DNA of 64,000 bases from assembly GCA_965261595.1 (NCBI GenBank), contig CBDHDG010000004.1:352001-416000 (forward strand), read 5' to 3'. Origin of the DNA: a bacterium. Lineage in GTDB: Bacteria > UBA8248 > JACPRG01 > G963555815. The translations under genes and the position numbers were made by a program. Shown piece by piece: positions 8,654 to 19,126 of this stretch (within the stretch, counting starts at the first letter, position 1; each line of letters starts with the position of its first letter). The notes below the pieces were generated by a model. That model was not told the origin of the DNA. It saw only the letters and a list, made by a program, of their open reading frames with translations, and did no database searches.

Positions 8654-11182
8654 TCACTCATTCCTGAGGACGGGCCAGGCCTTTCGGCTCAGGACGCCGC
8701 GGACGCTGGCCAAACCCAGAATCAAGGTCGCGCCCGCCCCCCCCGCGACGATCGTGATGAGCGGGACGGGCAGGAAGATCCAAGGGGTCCGAAGGACCCA
8801 CTCGACAAAGGCGTACGAAATCAAGGTCCCCAGGAGGGACGCAAGCAGGGCCGTCGCCAATCCCTGAATGGAGAACTCGGCCACCAGGGAAAGAACTATG
8901 TCCCTTCGGGTGGCGCCGACGACCTTGAAGATCACCACCTCGTAGTGGCGGCTTCTGAGATTCGCCCGGAGCGCCTGAACCAGGACGAGCAGGCCCGTCG
9001 CAAGGGTCACCCAGGCCATGGCCTTCACCGCGAGACCGATCTTTCGCAGGATCTCCCCCACGTCCCTGAGGACATCTTTGATGTACACCGGCACGACGTT
9101 GGGGAACCTCCGCGTGACAGTCCTGAACAGGGCCGATTCCGTCTCATCCGCCGCGTAGGCCGTCGCGAGGTAGGTCACCGGCGCCCCGTCCAGCGCCCCG
9201 GGCGCGAGGACGATTACGTGATTCAGGTCCAACGAACCCCAACTGATTTTCCGCAGGCTGGCGATCCGCGCCCGGATCTCCCGCCCGAGAATCGTAAGCG
9301 TCAGGGTGTCGCCCACCCCCACGCCGAACCCTCTCGCAATCCTTTGATCCAATGAGAGAAGCGGCTTTCCCCGGTAGTCTTCCGGCCACCACTTCCCCTC
9401 GGTCACAACCGTTCCCTCCGGCATCTTCGCCGCGTACGTCATCGCCCGGTCTCTCCGCAACGTCCAGCCCACATCCGGGTCGATTCGGGCTTCGTCCGCC
9501 GGCACACCATTGATCCGGACAATCCGGCCGCGGATCAACGGCCGGCTCTCCATCCGCGACACCCCCGGCGCGGACCGGACGACCCTCCTGAACTCTTCAA
9601 TCCGCGAAGGCTGGACGTCCAGAAAAAAGTACGACGGCGCAACCTCGGGAAGCGCCCGCTCAATCCGGGTCCGCAAATTCCCCTCCACCAGGGCCACGGC
9701 GGCCAGGGCGGTCAACCCGAGGCCCAGCGAGAAGAAGACCTTCGTTGTGAGCGCGCCCGGCCGGTGGAGGTTGGCCAGGGCTTGACGAAGCCGCGGCCCC
9801 TTGGGCGCCGGCGCCGAGGCCGCCGCCTTCATCATCAGTCCGGCCAATGCCCGGAATAGGACGGCGCTCCCGGCCGCCGCCGCCGCGAACCCCGCCGTCA
9901 AGCGGCCGTCTCCGGTGAAATTCCAAGTCAAACCGAACAGGGCCGACAAGGTCAGAACAACGGCAACGCCCGCCCGCAAGGAGGGCTTTCGGGGCGCCAC
10001 GTCCGCATAGCCGCGAAAGAGCCGGGCCGGAGAAATCGCCCCGGCGGCGGACAGGGGCCAGAGGGAGAAGGCGAGCGCCGTCAGGACACCGTAGGCCGCT
10101 GCCGTCAGGAGGGTCTGCGGATCCAGCGCAATGCCGGCCGCGACACCGAAACCTTCCGCGATCAGGGAGAACACAGCGGCCGAAAAGGCCAGCCCGCCCC
10201 CGATCCCGAGTGCGCTCCCCGCCAAGGCCAGCGCCAGCGTCTGGAACAGGTAGATCGAAACGATCAGCCCGCGGCTCGCGCCCAGACATTTCATCGCGGC
10301 GATCGAGTCACCTCGGCTCTCCAGGTGGCTCCTGACGGCGCCCGCCGCGCCGATCCCGCCGACCAGCAGGGTGGCGAGACTCACCAGGGTGAGGTAAAGC
10401 GTCATGTGCTCGAAGAAATGCTCGAGGCGGGCCGTGGCCGATCCGTAGTCCCGGATCCGCCAGCCGGCGCCGGGAAACCGCGTCTTGAGCTCCCGCTTCA
10501 CGGCGTCCAGGCTCGACGGTTCGGCCAACCGCACCTTGTAAAAATAGAAGACCACGCTTCCGGGCCGGACGAGACCTGTCCCGGGCAGCGCCTCCAGCCC
10601 CACCATCAGGCGGGGGCCGAGCTGGAAGAACCGGCTTGCCTTGTCGGGTTCCCGCGCGATGACGCCGGTGATCCGCAACTCCGCGCTCCCGAGCCGGATC
10701 CGGTCGCCGACTTTTACCCCGAGCCGCGTCAGCAGGGCCGAATCGACGACGGCCCCGAACACGCCGTCCCGCTCGGCCAGGGCCGCGGCCGCGCTCCCGC
10801 CCAATTTGAGTTTCAGCTCGCCGAAAAGCGGGTATGCGCCGTCCACCGCCTTCAGCTCGACCAACGAGGGATTGCCGGCGGCGGAGCGCGCCATGGCCCG
10901 CATCCGGGCGCCCTCCGACACCCGGCCCCGGGCCCTCAGGAACCGGAGCGCCTCGGGCCGCAAACGCCGATAGCTTTGGCTCAACTCCAGGCCCCCGCCC
11001 AGCAGTTTTCGGGCGTCCTTTCGGAGGGCCTCGCCGACCGAATCGGAAAGGGTTCCGACCGCGGTCATCGCACCGACGCCGATGGCCAGACAGGCCAGGA
11101 ACAACCCGAACCCTTTCGGCCCGCCGCGCATCTCGCGCCCGGCCAGCCGCAACGCCAACGCCAAGTCCCGGCCCGCCCTCAT
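8654..11182 (-). CDS. ybbP: ABC transporter permease, FtsX-like (YbbP family)
   Basis: 842 aa; LRLAGREMRGG, KAVDGAYPLFG, MKCLGAS, YFFLDVQP; adjacent to ybbA and tesA. Confidence 0.85.
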   Translation of the reverse strand: MRAGRDLALALRLAGREMRGGPKGFGLFLACLAIGVGAMTAVGTLSDSVGEALRKDARKLLGGGLELSQSYRRLRPEALRFLRARGRVSEGARMRAMARSAAGNPSLVELKAVDGAYPLFGELKLKLGGSAAAALAERDGVFGAVVDSALLTRLGVKVGDRIRLGSAELRITGVIAREPDKASRFFQLGPRLMVGLEALPGTGLVRPGSVVFYFYKVRLAEPSSLDAVKRELKTRFPGAGWRIRDYGSATARLEHFFEHMTLYLTLVSLATLLVGGIGAAGAVRSHLESRGDSIAAMKCLGASRGLIVSIYLFQTLALALAGSALGIGGGLAFSAAVFSLIAEGFGVAAGIALDPQTLLTAAAYGVLTALAFSLWPLSAAGAISPARLFRGYADVAPRKPSLRAGVAVVLTLSALFGLTWNFTGDGRLTAGFAAAAAGSAVLFRALAGLMMKAAASAPAPKGPRLRQALANLHRPGALTTKVFFSLGLGLTALAAVALVEGNLRTRIERALPEVAPSYFFLDVQPSRIEEFRRVVRSAPGVSRMESRPLIRGRIVRINGVPADEARIDPDVGWTLRRDRAMTYAAKMPEGTVVTEGKWWPEDYRGKPLLSLDQRIARGFGVGVGDTLTLTILGREIRARIASLRKISWGSLDLNHVIVLAPGALDGAPVTYLATAYAADETESALFRTVTRRFPNVVPVYIKDVLRDVGEILRKIGLAVKAMAWVTLATGLLVLVQALRANLRSRHYEVVIFKVVGATRRDIVLSLVAEFSIQGLATALLASLLGTLISYAFVEWVLRTPWIFLPVPLITIVAGGAGATLILGLASVRGVLSRKAWPVLRNE

Positions 11183-11871
11183 GGCGGCGGCTCCTCCCCG
11201 CCTGCCAGGCGAAGCACGCCGTCCCGCATGAGCGCGTGGCGGTCGCAGCGCGGCGTCACGGAGGGGTCGTGGGTGATGAAGATCATGGTGGTCCCATACC
11301 GCTTCTGTAGGGAAAAGAGCAGATCGATGACCCGCCCGCCGGTTTCGGCGTCGAGGTTTCCGGTGGGCTCATCCGCAAGAAGAATGGACGGCCGCGCGAC
11401 GAACGCCCGGGCGATGGCCGCGCGCTGCTGCTCTCCGCCCGAAAGCTGAGCGGGATAATGCTTGACGCGCCCGCCCAGCCCCACCGCCTCCAGACTCTCG
11501 GCGGCCCGGGCCATGGCGTCTTTCGCGCCGGCGAACTCCAGCGGCAACGCAACGTTTTCGAGGGCTGTCAGGGTCGGCGCCAGGTGAAACGACTGGAAGA
11601 CGATGCCGATGTGCTCGCGCCGGACCCGGGCCAGCTTGTCCTCGTCGAGCGGGCCGAGATCCCGGCCGGCCACACAGACGCGGCCGGAGGTCGGCTTCTC
11701 CAGGCCGGAGATCACCATCAGGAGAGTGGTCTTTCCGGAACCGGACGGCCCGACAACGCTCAGCGTTTCCCCGGCCGAAAGACGCAGATCGACGCCGCGC
11801 AGGATCTTGACGGGGCCGCTGCCGCCCGTTAACGTCAAGTGGATATCGTCGAGAAGAACAAGAGGCTTCAT
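11179..11871 (-). CDS. ybbA: ABC transporter ATP-binding protein (YbbA family)
   Basis: Walker A GPSGSGKT, LSGGEQQR, ADEPTGNLD. Confidence 0.88.
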   Translation of the reverse strand: MKPLVLLDDIHLTLTGGSGPVKILRGVDLRLSAGETLSVVGPSGSGKTTLLMVISGLEKPTSGRVCVAGRDLGPLDEDKLARVRREHIGIVFQSFHLAPTLTALENVALPLEFAGAKDAMARAAESLEAVGLGGRVKHYPAQLSGGEQQRAAIARAFVARPSILLADEPTGNLDAETGGRVIDLLFSLQKRYGTTMIFITHDPSVTPRCDRHALMRDGVLRLAGGEEPPP

Positions 11872-11991
11872 GGGAACGGTTATCCGGATCGTCCGGACCG
11901 GCGCGGGCGGGATTCCCCGCGCGTCGGGAGGTTTCCCCGCCGAGCCGGACTCGACATCGAAATTCCTTCAACAAGGCAAAACGCCTCGACC

Positions 11992-12681
11992 ATGAGACAT
12001 CGCCCACGAGCCGCCGGGGGGGAGAGGCCATCGCGTTCAGTGTGGACGGGCCTCACGCCAATCCTCATCCTCTTATTTTTGACGCAAACCGGTTCCGCCG
12101 TCCATGCGGGCGCGACACGCCGGACCCTCACGATTCTGGCCTTTGGGGACAGCCTGACGGCGGGGCGCGGCCTGCCCTTGCGGAAATCCTATCCCTCGCT
12201 CCTCGAGGCCGCGCTGAGGCGGGACGGGTTTCAGGTCAAACTGATCAACGCCGGGGTCTCCGGCGACACAACAGCCGGGGGGCTCTCGCGCCTGGACTGG
12301 GCGCTGGGGGACAACCCGGCGATCGCCGTCGTCGAGCTCGGCGCGAACGACGGGCTTCGGGGTCTGAAGCCGAAGCAGACCGAAGCCAACCTCGACGCGA
12401 TCCTGACAAAGCTGAAAAAACGCGGCGTCCTCGTCCTCCTGACCGGGATGTACGCCCCGCCGAACATGGGCCGCGCGTTCGGCCGGCGGTTCAACGCCAT
12501 CTTCCCGCGCCTCGCCGAAAAATACAACGTCCTCTTCTACCCCTTCTTCCTGGAAGGCGTGGCCGGGAAACCCGCCTTGAACCAGGCGGACGGCCTCCAC
12601 CCCAACGAAGAGGGCGCGGCGATCATCGCCCGAAGGCTTTATCCCTATGTCCGGAAACTCATCGAGATCACCCGGAGATAA
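11992..12681 (+). CDS. tesA: Arylesterase/acyl-CoA thioesterase I (SGNH/GDSL)
   Basis: GDSLTAG, NAGVSGDT, ELGANDGLRG, DGLHPN; divergent from ybbA as in E. coli. Confidence 0.88.
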   Translation: MRHRPRAAGGERPSRSVWTGLTPILILLFLTQTGSAVHAGATRRTLTILAFGDSLTAGRGLPLRKSYPSLLEAALRRDGFQVKLINAGVSGDTTAGGLSRLDWALGDNPAIAVVELGANDGLRGLKPKQTEANLDAILTKLKKRGVLVLLTGMYAPPNMGRAFGRRFNAIFPRLAEKYNVLFYPFFLEGVAGKPALNQADGLHPNEEGAAIIARRLYPYVRKLIEITRR

Positions 12682-12953
12682 ACGACCTGAAAAGAATTTC
12701 CAGCCGCCGAATTTTTGACTGGAGTCTCGCCGGAAGTTCAGGTAGACTACTTTTTTTCAACCACTGGATGGAGAAGCTGGGGGCTCCGCCCGGCCTGCCC
12801 GCGGGACTTGAGGACACGCATGAGACCTTCGACTCCCGGGGGATTTCCCGCTCCGGGAGAAGTCGGCAAGGGGGACAAGAAGGCCTTTCGGAAGTTTTGC
12901 CGTATCCTGACGGCCTTAAAATAAGCCAGCGCAAACACATGAAGGAGGGAGCA

Positions 12954-13982
12954 ATGAAAAAGGGATTGACCATTTTGGCGGCATTTCTGTTGTTGGCGGG
13001 ACTCTCCGTCCAAGCGAGCGCCGCCAAAAAAACCACGTTCCTGCTGGACTGGATTTTCTACGGCAAGCACGCCCCGTTCTTCGTCGCCCAGGACATGGGT
13101 CATTTCAAGAAACGCGGCCTGGACATGGAATTCAGGCGGGGATTCGGCTCCGGCGACACCGTCAAGAGGATTGCCGCGAAAGTGGCGCGGATCGGCTTTG
13201 CGGACGCCGGCTCGCTGATCAACGGGCGGGCCAACAGTGACGTCAAGGTCGTGGAAGTCGCCATGATCCACGCCAAACCCATCCAGGTCGTGGTCTTTTT
13301 ACAGGAAAACAACAACTGGAAATCGCCCAGGGACATGGTCGGGGCCAAGATTGGCTCGCCTGTCGGCGCGTCAACGCGCGTTACATTTCCCGCCCTGGCC
13401 GGCGCCAACGGGTTAAAAAAAGGCGACGTCACATGGATCACAATGCCCTACGGCCAGGTGGTTCCATCGTTGCTGCTCGGCAAAACGGATGCCGCCGTCT
13501 TGTTCGCCACCGAGCTTCCCACGATCTGGCCCAAGGCGAAATCATTTGGCAAGACCGTCAAAACCTTTTACTACGGCGACTATGGAGTCGACACGTACAA
13601 CAACGGCGTGATCGTCCACGAAGACACCATCAAGGCCGATCCCAAGTTCGTCCGCGATTCCACGCACGCCGTGATGGAGGCCTGGGCGTGGTCGGTCCTC
13701 CACGTGGACGAAGCCCTGAAAAACTTCCTGAAATACGCCCCGGGGATGAGCGAGCCGATCGTTCGGGGACACTTCGCCTTCGCCATCGAGCATCTGTTCG
13801 ACGATGGCGTCCGGAAGCACGGGTTGGGCTACATAGACTTCAAGAAGATGGACTACTCGGTTGAAATCCTCACCAAGCTTCAGAAGCTGAAAAAGCGCAT
13901 CAAAACGACGGACGTCTACACAAACCGGTTCCTGCCTCAATGGCCGCAAATCAAGGCGACCCTTGGCGACAAGGCCATGTAA
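12954..13982 (+). CDS. NMT1/THI5-family substrate-binding protein
   Basis: Signal peptide; LDWIFYGKHAPFFVA, GFGSGDT, YNNG motifs. Confidence 0.88.
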   Translation: MKKGLTILAAFLLLAGLSVQASAAKKTTFLLDWIFYGKHAPFFVAQDMGHFKKRGLDMEFRRGFGSGDTVKRIAAKVARIGFADAGSLINGRANSDVKVVEVAMIHAKPIQVVVFLQENNNWKSPRDMVGAKIGSPVGASTRVTFPALAGANGLKKGDVTWITMPYGQVVPSLLLGKTDAAVLFATELPTIWPKAKSFGKTVKTFYYGDYGVDTYNNGVIVHEDTIKADPKFVRDSTHAVMEAWAWSVLHVDEALKNFLKYAPGMSEPIVRGHFAFAIEHLFDDGVRKHGLGYIDFKKMDYSVEILTKLQKLKKRIKTTDVYTNRFLPQWPQIKATLGDKAM

Positions 13983-14038
13983 AACAGCTGCCCCGAGAGG
14001 CGTCCGAACCGCTTCTCGCGAAAAGGCGACCACCGAAC

Positions 14039-14716
14039 ATGGCGGACATCAACGTTCACGCGGAGCCGGGCGATTTCGCGTTCGACCCCGAAACGGCCGG
14101 ACTCCTCGTGATCGACATGCAGAACGATTTCTGTCGCCCGGGAGGATACTTGTCCTTCCGGGTGCCGGACATCACCCTGCTTCAAAGACCCATCGAGCCC
14201 CTTCAGCAGGTCCTCAAGGCCTGCCGAAACGCGGGCATGACCATCCTCCACACCCGGGAAGGCCACCGGCCCGACCTCTCGGACTGCCCCCCCTCCAAGC
14301 TCGCCAAGAACCACAGCCTGGAACACGGCATCGGGCAGGAGGGCCCCCTCGGAAAGTTCCTGATCCGGGGGTCGCGCTCTCACGACTTCATCGACGAGCT
14401 TCAACCCGAGCCCGGGGAAGTGGTCATCGACAAGCCGGGGAAAGGGGCCTTCTTCGCGACCGAACTCGACCTGATCCTGCGCACCCGGGGGGTCACCCAC
14501 CTGATCGTCGGGGGCGTCGCCACGCACGTTTGCGTCCAGAGCTCCCTCCGGGAAGCCGCCGACCGGGGCTACTGGAGCCTCGTCCTGGAAGACTGCTGCG
14601 CGTCCTCCGTCCCCGAGCTTCACCACGCGACGTTCGAGATGGTCAAATACGGAGGAGGGATCTTCGGGCAGGTGTCCGACTCGGATGCCTTGCTGAACGC
14701 GTTGGCCGCCGCCTGA
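14039..14716 (+). CDS. Isochorismatase-family cysteine hydrolase (biuret hydrolase BiuH-like)
   Basis: IDMQNDF, HTREGHRPDLSDCP, GPLGKFLIRG, DKPGKGAFFAT, VCVQSS (Asp-Lys-Cys triad). Confidence 0.85.
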   Translation: MADINVHAEPGDFAFDPETAGLLVIDMQNDFCRPGGYLSFRVPDITLLQRPIEPLQQVLKACRNAGMTILHTREGHRPDLSDCPPSKLAKNHSLEHGIGQEGPLGKFLIRGSRSHDFIDELQPEPGEVVIDKPGKGAFFATELDLILRTRGVTHLIVGGVATHVCVQSSLREAADRGYWSLVLEDCCASSVPELHHATFEMVKYGGGIFGQVSDSDALLNALAAA

Positions 14717-14815
14717 GAATCTCAGAAAACCGCGGAAACGTAGCCCGCAGGACCCCGGCGGACCATCAATGGCAAGACCGTAAGACCTGACCCCATCAAG
14801 AGGCGTGTCCGGCCC

Positions 14816-16249
14816 CTACCGATCGAAGTAATCCTCCAGCGCAATCCCGTCCTTCCCCCGCGTCTCGGCGCGCTTGAACATGGCGCGCGTTTCCTCGGGC
14901 AGATCGACGCGGACCGTGGCGTCCAGGGCGAGCTTGCTGCTGGGATAGGCCTTGTGGAAGGCCGAAGGGTCCGGCGAGGCCCCTTTCGCCCCCGGCACGA
15001 CGAAGTATCGCGGCTCTCCCGTATGGGCATCGATGGGCTGGAATCGGGTCGCGATCGCCCACAGGACCTGGGCCTCGTCGAACACGTCGATGTCGTCGTC
15101 CACAACCACGGCGAGCTTGATGTAAGGCGCCGCCCCCAGGACGGCCATCAGCGCCGTCTTCCCCTCCCCCGTCTCGAACCCCTCGGTCGTCGGCCGCCGC
15201 GTCATGGACACGTAGCAATGGAATCCCGCGCCCGAGGGCGGCACGTAAACGTCCCGCACCGTCGGAACGACCCGCCGGACGGCCTCGTGAATCGTCGCCT
15301 CGAAGATCACCGACATAAGGTGAAGGGTGTCCGGATGGCCGGAAAAGATGAATTGGTGGATGGGGTTCTCGCGATGCGTGATGGCCTTCACCGTCACCCG
15401 GGGACCCTGCTTCACCCTGCTGTATGTGAGGGACTGGTCCGCGAAGGGGGCCTCCGGGTGACGCTCGCCCGGGTGGATCTCGGCCTCGATGCACATCTCC
15501 GCCAACGCCGGGATCAGCAGGTCCACCGTCCGGCACGGGACAAGGTCCACCGGCTCGCCGCGCAGGCCGCCCGCGAGGGCCAGCTCGTCCACGCCCATCG
15601 GCGCCCCGTACGAGGCCGCCAGGGTGATCAGCGGGTCGACGCCCGGGAGGATGGCCACCTTCAGGGATTGGCCCTTCTCCTCGCACCGGCGGAAGAGGTC
15701 CGAAATGCCCGAGGTCTGGGTCAGCGACGGGATGAGGGTCTTGCCGTCCTTGACCATGAAGCGGTAAACGCCCATGCCCAGGGTCCCGGTGTCGGGGTCC
15801 CGGGAGACGCACACGCCGCTGGAAATATAGCGGGCGACGTCGTTCTCGTGGTGATGAACCAGCGGAAGCCGGTCCAGCGTGGCGTCGTCGCCGGTCAGAA
15901 CCGTCTCATGAACCGGGCCCGACGCGACGGTCCGGGGGGGGATCGGCATCGCAATCCGCTTCTGGAAAGTCGGGAGAATCTCAGCCTCGGGAACGTTCAG
16001 GGCAAGGGCGAAGTGGGCGCGCCGGGCGAAGAGATTGCTCGTCACGCGCCAGCCGGGAAGGTCTTTGACCGCCTCGAACAGGACGGCCGAGAAATCACCT
16101 CCCTCTTCCATCCGGTCGAGGACGGCGGTCATCTCCCAGGCCGGGTCCGCCGGCCGCTCCGTCCGGCGGAGCGCCCCGTGCTCGTCCAATATGCCGAGGA
16201 AATCCCGAAGATCGCGGTGTCGGACCCATGCTTTTTCAGCCAAAAACAC
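14816..16249 (-). CDS. UbiD-family (prFMN) (de)carboxylase
   Basis: RDLRDFL, GVYR, EAPFAD, VVVDDDIDVFD...VLWAIATR, KLALDAT. Confidence 0.9.
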   Translation of the reverse strand: MFLAEKAWVRHRDLRDFLGILDEHGALRRTERPADPAWEMTAVLDRMEEGGDFSAVLFEAVKDLPGWRVTSNLFARRAHFALALNVPEAEILPTFQKRIAMPIPPRTVASGPVHETVLTGDDATLDRLPLVHHHENDVARYISSGVCVSRDPDTGTLGMGVYRFMVKDGKTLIPSLTQTSGISDLFRRCEEKGQSLKVAILPGVDPLITLAASYGAPMGVDELALAGGLRGEPVDLVPCRTVDLLIPALAEMCIEAEIHPGERHPEAPFADQSLTYSRVKQGPRVTVKAITHRENPIHQFIFSGHPDTLHLMSVIFEATIHEAVRRVVPTVRDVYVPPSGAGFHCYVSMTRRPTTEGFETGEGKTALMAVLGAAPYIKLAVVVDDDIDVFDEAQVLWAIATRFQPIDAHTGEPRYFVVPGAKGASPDPSAFHKAYPSSKLALDATVRVDLPEETRAMFKRAETRGKDGIALEDYFDR

Positions 16250-16357
16250 CTCCTCTTCTCCAACCTGGACTTCCGGCCTCTACACTGCGGCCACGATGCG
16301 TCCCTTGTCAAATTCCAGCCGAATCCCCCCGCTCCTCCCGCTCATAGAGCGTCCCGA

Positions 16358-18691
16358 TCATAGAGAATCCCGCTCGCGGAGCGCCGCCAGAATCTTCCGG
16401 GGCGTGACGGGGAGGTCTTTGATCCGGACGCCGACGGCATCGTAGACGGCGTTGGCGATGGCCGCTCCGCAGGCGTTCAGGGCGCACTCCGAGCATCCCT
16501 TGGCCCCGAAAGGACCGTGGGGGTCGATGGATTCGATCAAGATCGAGCCGAAGTTGGGCAGCCCCTCGGCCTTGGGCACGGTGTAATCGGCGAGGTTGCC
16601 GTTCACGAACCTCCCGTTGTCCAGGACGGGGTCTTCGAACATCGCGAACCCGAATCCCTGCGCCATCTCGCCGTGAATCTGCCCTTCCACGGTCAGGGGG
16701 TTGATGACCCGGCCGAGGTCGTCGGCCGCGATCACCTCTTCCAACCGGACCCCGCCCGTCTCGGTGTCCACCGCCGCGACGGCCACGACGCAGACAAAGG
16801 AAGAGGCGGCGGTGACCTTCCCGTAGCGGGTCTCGGGATCGGGCAGCTCGGTGGGCGAATCCCAACTCGCCTCGGCGGACACGGTGGCTTCCCCTGACAG
16901 GGAGCGGTTCGCCTTCACGACCTCTTCCAGGGAAATGGACCTCTCGGGCGCGCCCTTCATCGAGACAACGCCGGCATCCAGCGTCAGGTCCCCCGGATCG
17001 ACCTCCAGCCGGTCCGCGGCGATATCGAGAACCCGTTCCAGGCAGGCGGCGGCCGCCTTCTGGACGGCGTTTCCCGCAATCATCGTCAGCCGGCTCGCAT
17101 ATCCTCCCAGGGAGTAGGGCGTGTTCCCCGTATCGGCCTCCGCGACCTCGACGGCCCGGAATTCCAATCCCAGCGCTTCGGCCGTGAACTGCGCCAGGAC
17201 CGTCTTGGCCCCCTGTCCGAGCTCCCCTTCGCCGCAGATGAGCCTCGCCTTCCCCTCCTCGGTGATCTCTACAACCGCCGATGAACCGTCCCACCCTCCG
17301 CCGTCTCCCGCTATCGAGTGCTGCCGGATCGAAGTCGAGTGAATGGCGCACGCCAACCCCACGCCCCTGCGGACGGGGCCCGCTTTCGGCGCGGACCGGC
17401 GCCGCCGCCAATCCACGGCGGCGACCGCCTTCTCGACGCACTCGCTGACGGCGCAGCTGTCCATCTTCCAGCCGTGGACGCTGGTGTCGCCCTGTTGGAT
17501 GAGGTTCCGGAGGCGGAGCTCCGCCGGGTCCATCCCCAGCTTTTCCGCGAGGGTGTCCAGGTGGGATTCGAGCGCGAAGGCCATCTGAACGTTGCCGAAT
17601 CCCCTGAAGGCCCCCGCCGGGAGGAGATTGGTGTAGGCGAGCCAGGCGTCCGTTTTGATGTTTTCCATCCGGTACAGGCAGTCCATTCTCATGGCCATGC
17701 ACTGGATGACCTCGGGCGACAGGCAGGAGCAGGCCCCGTTGTTTCCGTAAATCCACGTCTCTTTCGCGGCAATCGTCCCGTCCTTCCGCACACCCATCTT
17801 GAGGCGGGTCTTCGAGGGCATGCGCGGGCGCGAGGCCCCGAACTCGTCCAGCCGGTTGTTGAGGAAACGAACGGGCCGGCCCAGCTTCAAGGCCAGGAAG
17901 AGCGTGATGAGGGCAGTGGCGTCCTCGTTCAGCTTTCCGCCGAACGCGCCCCCGATGTGCGGTTGAACCACCCGGAGGTCCTCCGGGGCCAGGTCCAGGG
18001 CCTCACAGAGGTACCGGTGCGTGAGGTGGATGGACTGCGTGGGGGCGTAGAGGGTCGCGCGGCCCCGGCCATCGGCGTCCGCCAGGGCGCCGAGAGGCTC
18101 CATGTAGGTCTGAAACTGGTAGGGCGTGGTGTAGACGTCTTCATGAATGACAGCGGATTCCGCGAACCCCCGCTCGACGTCCCCCCGGCGAATGCGGACC
18201 TCCTGGGCGAGGTTGTTCTCGGCCTCGTTGATCCGCGGCGCGCCCGGGGCCAGGGCCTCTTCGGGATCGAAAACGGCGGGCAGCGCTTCATACTCGACGT
18301 CGATCCGCTCCAGGGCCTCCAGCGCGGCGTCCTCGCTCTCCGCCGCCACGGCGGCGACTTCCTCGCCCACGTAACGGACCTTTCCGCGGGCCAGGACGTA
18401 TTGGTCCTTGTGAATGATCCCCCAGGGCCGCTCCGGGGCGTCCTCGCCGGTGAAGACGGCCGCGACGCCCGGGACCTCGGCCGCCCGGCCCGTGTCCACC
18501 CGCAGGATGCGCGCGTGGGCGTGGGGGCTTCGCAGAATCTTGGTGTGAAGCATCCCGGGAAGGCTCATGTCTCCGACGTAACGGGCGCCCCCCCGGACCT
18601 TCTCGGGCGCGTCGATCTGAGGAATGGGTTGACCGACAACGCGTGGACTATCCATCGTGACGTTCCAAGGTGAAAACCTCATTTCTTCCAT
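16358..18691 (-). CDS. Xanthine dehydrogenase-family molybdopterin-binding subunit
   Basis: LRSPHAHA, GGAFGGK, AFRGFG, ELGQG, GPFGAKG motifs. Confidence 0.92.
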   Translation of the reverse strand: MEEMRFSPWNVTMDSPRVVGQPIPQIDAPEKVRGGARYVGDMSLPGMLHTKILRSPHAHARILRVDTGRAAEVPGVAAVFTGEDAPERPWGIIHKDQYVLARGKVRYVGEEVAAVAAESEDAALEALERIDVEYEALPAVFDPEEALAPGAPRINEAENNLAQEVRIRRGDVERGFAESAVIHEDVYTTPYQFQTYMEPLGALADADGRGRATLYAPTQSIHLTHRYLCEALDLAPEDLRVVQPHIGGAFGGKLNEDATALITLFLALKLGRPVRFLNNRLDEFGASRPRMPSKTRLKMGVRKDGTIAAKETWIYGNNGACSCLSPEVIQCMAMRMDCLYRMENIKTDAWLAYTNLLPAGAFRGFGNVQMAFALESHLDTLAEKLGMDPAELRLRNLIQQGDTSVHGWKMDSCAVSECVEKAVAAVDWRRRRSAPKAGPVRRGVGLACAIHSTSIRQHSIAGDGGGWDGSSAVVEITEEGKARLICGEGELGQGAKTVLAQFTAEALGLEFRAVEVAEADTGNTPYSLGGYASRLTMIAGNAVQKAAAACLERVLDIAADRLEVDPGDLTLDAGVVSMKGAPERSISLEEVVKANRSLSGEATVSAEASWDSPTELPDPETRYGKVTAASSFVCVVAVAAVDTETGGVRLEEVIAADDLGRVINPLTVEGQIHGEMAQGFGFAMFEDPVLDNGRFVNGNLADYTVPKAEGLPNFGSILIESIDPHGPFGAKGCSECALNACGAAIANAVYDAVGVRIKDLPVTPRKILAALRERDSL

Positions 18692-19126
18692 CGGCGCGCA
18701 TTTGGCGCCACGGCCGTCTAAAGGGACGCCCGGGTGATCCCGGCCGTCCCGGTGAACAGGGTCTCATCACTCGTATTTTCACCAACGATTCCCCGCAAGG
18801 CAAGGCGCGGGATCGATATCCGTAAGCGGGTCCCCCATCCCCCCCCTCCCGCACCCATCCCCGCAAGCGTTGCGGGGCATGGGATTAGGCGCATCCGTGA
18901 TTTTCCGGGCAGCCGGGTTGAGCGGTTTCGACTTTCTCAGTTCAGGCGAACGGCAGCTATTCCCGAAGGCTATCAGGGGGGGGTCGGGCTAACGCCTGTT
19001 AACCAGAAGAATGTCGCCATCCCCCTCCCGCCGTGATACGCTGTCGGTCCGTGTCATACTTCCTCTCTCCCCATCCCCTCGGGCTCCCCGCCCTTGGCCC
19101 CTTAGAACGAACGTCCGGAAAAGGAG

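Noticed and set aside
12042..12953. Apparent 646-aa fusion ORF and similar long N-terminal extensions (19033, 6014)
   Set aside because: These are open upstream frames overlapping other genes; real starts lie at 12954, 20215 and 6275.
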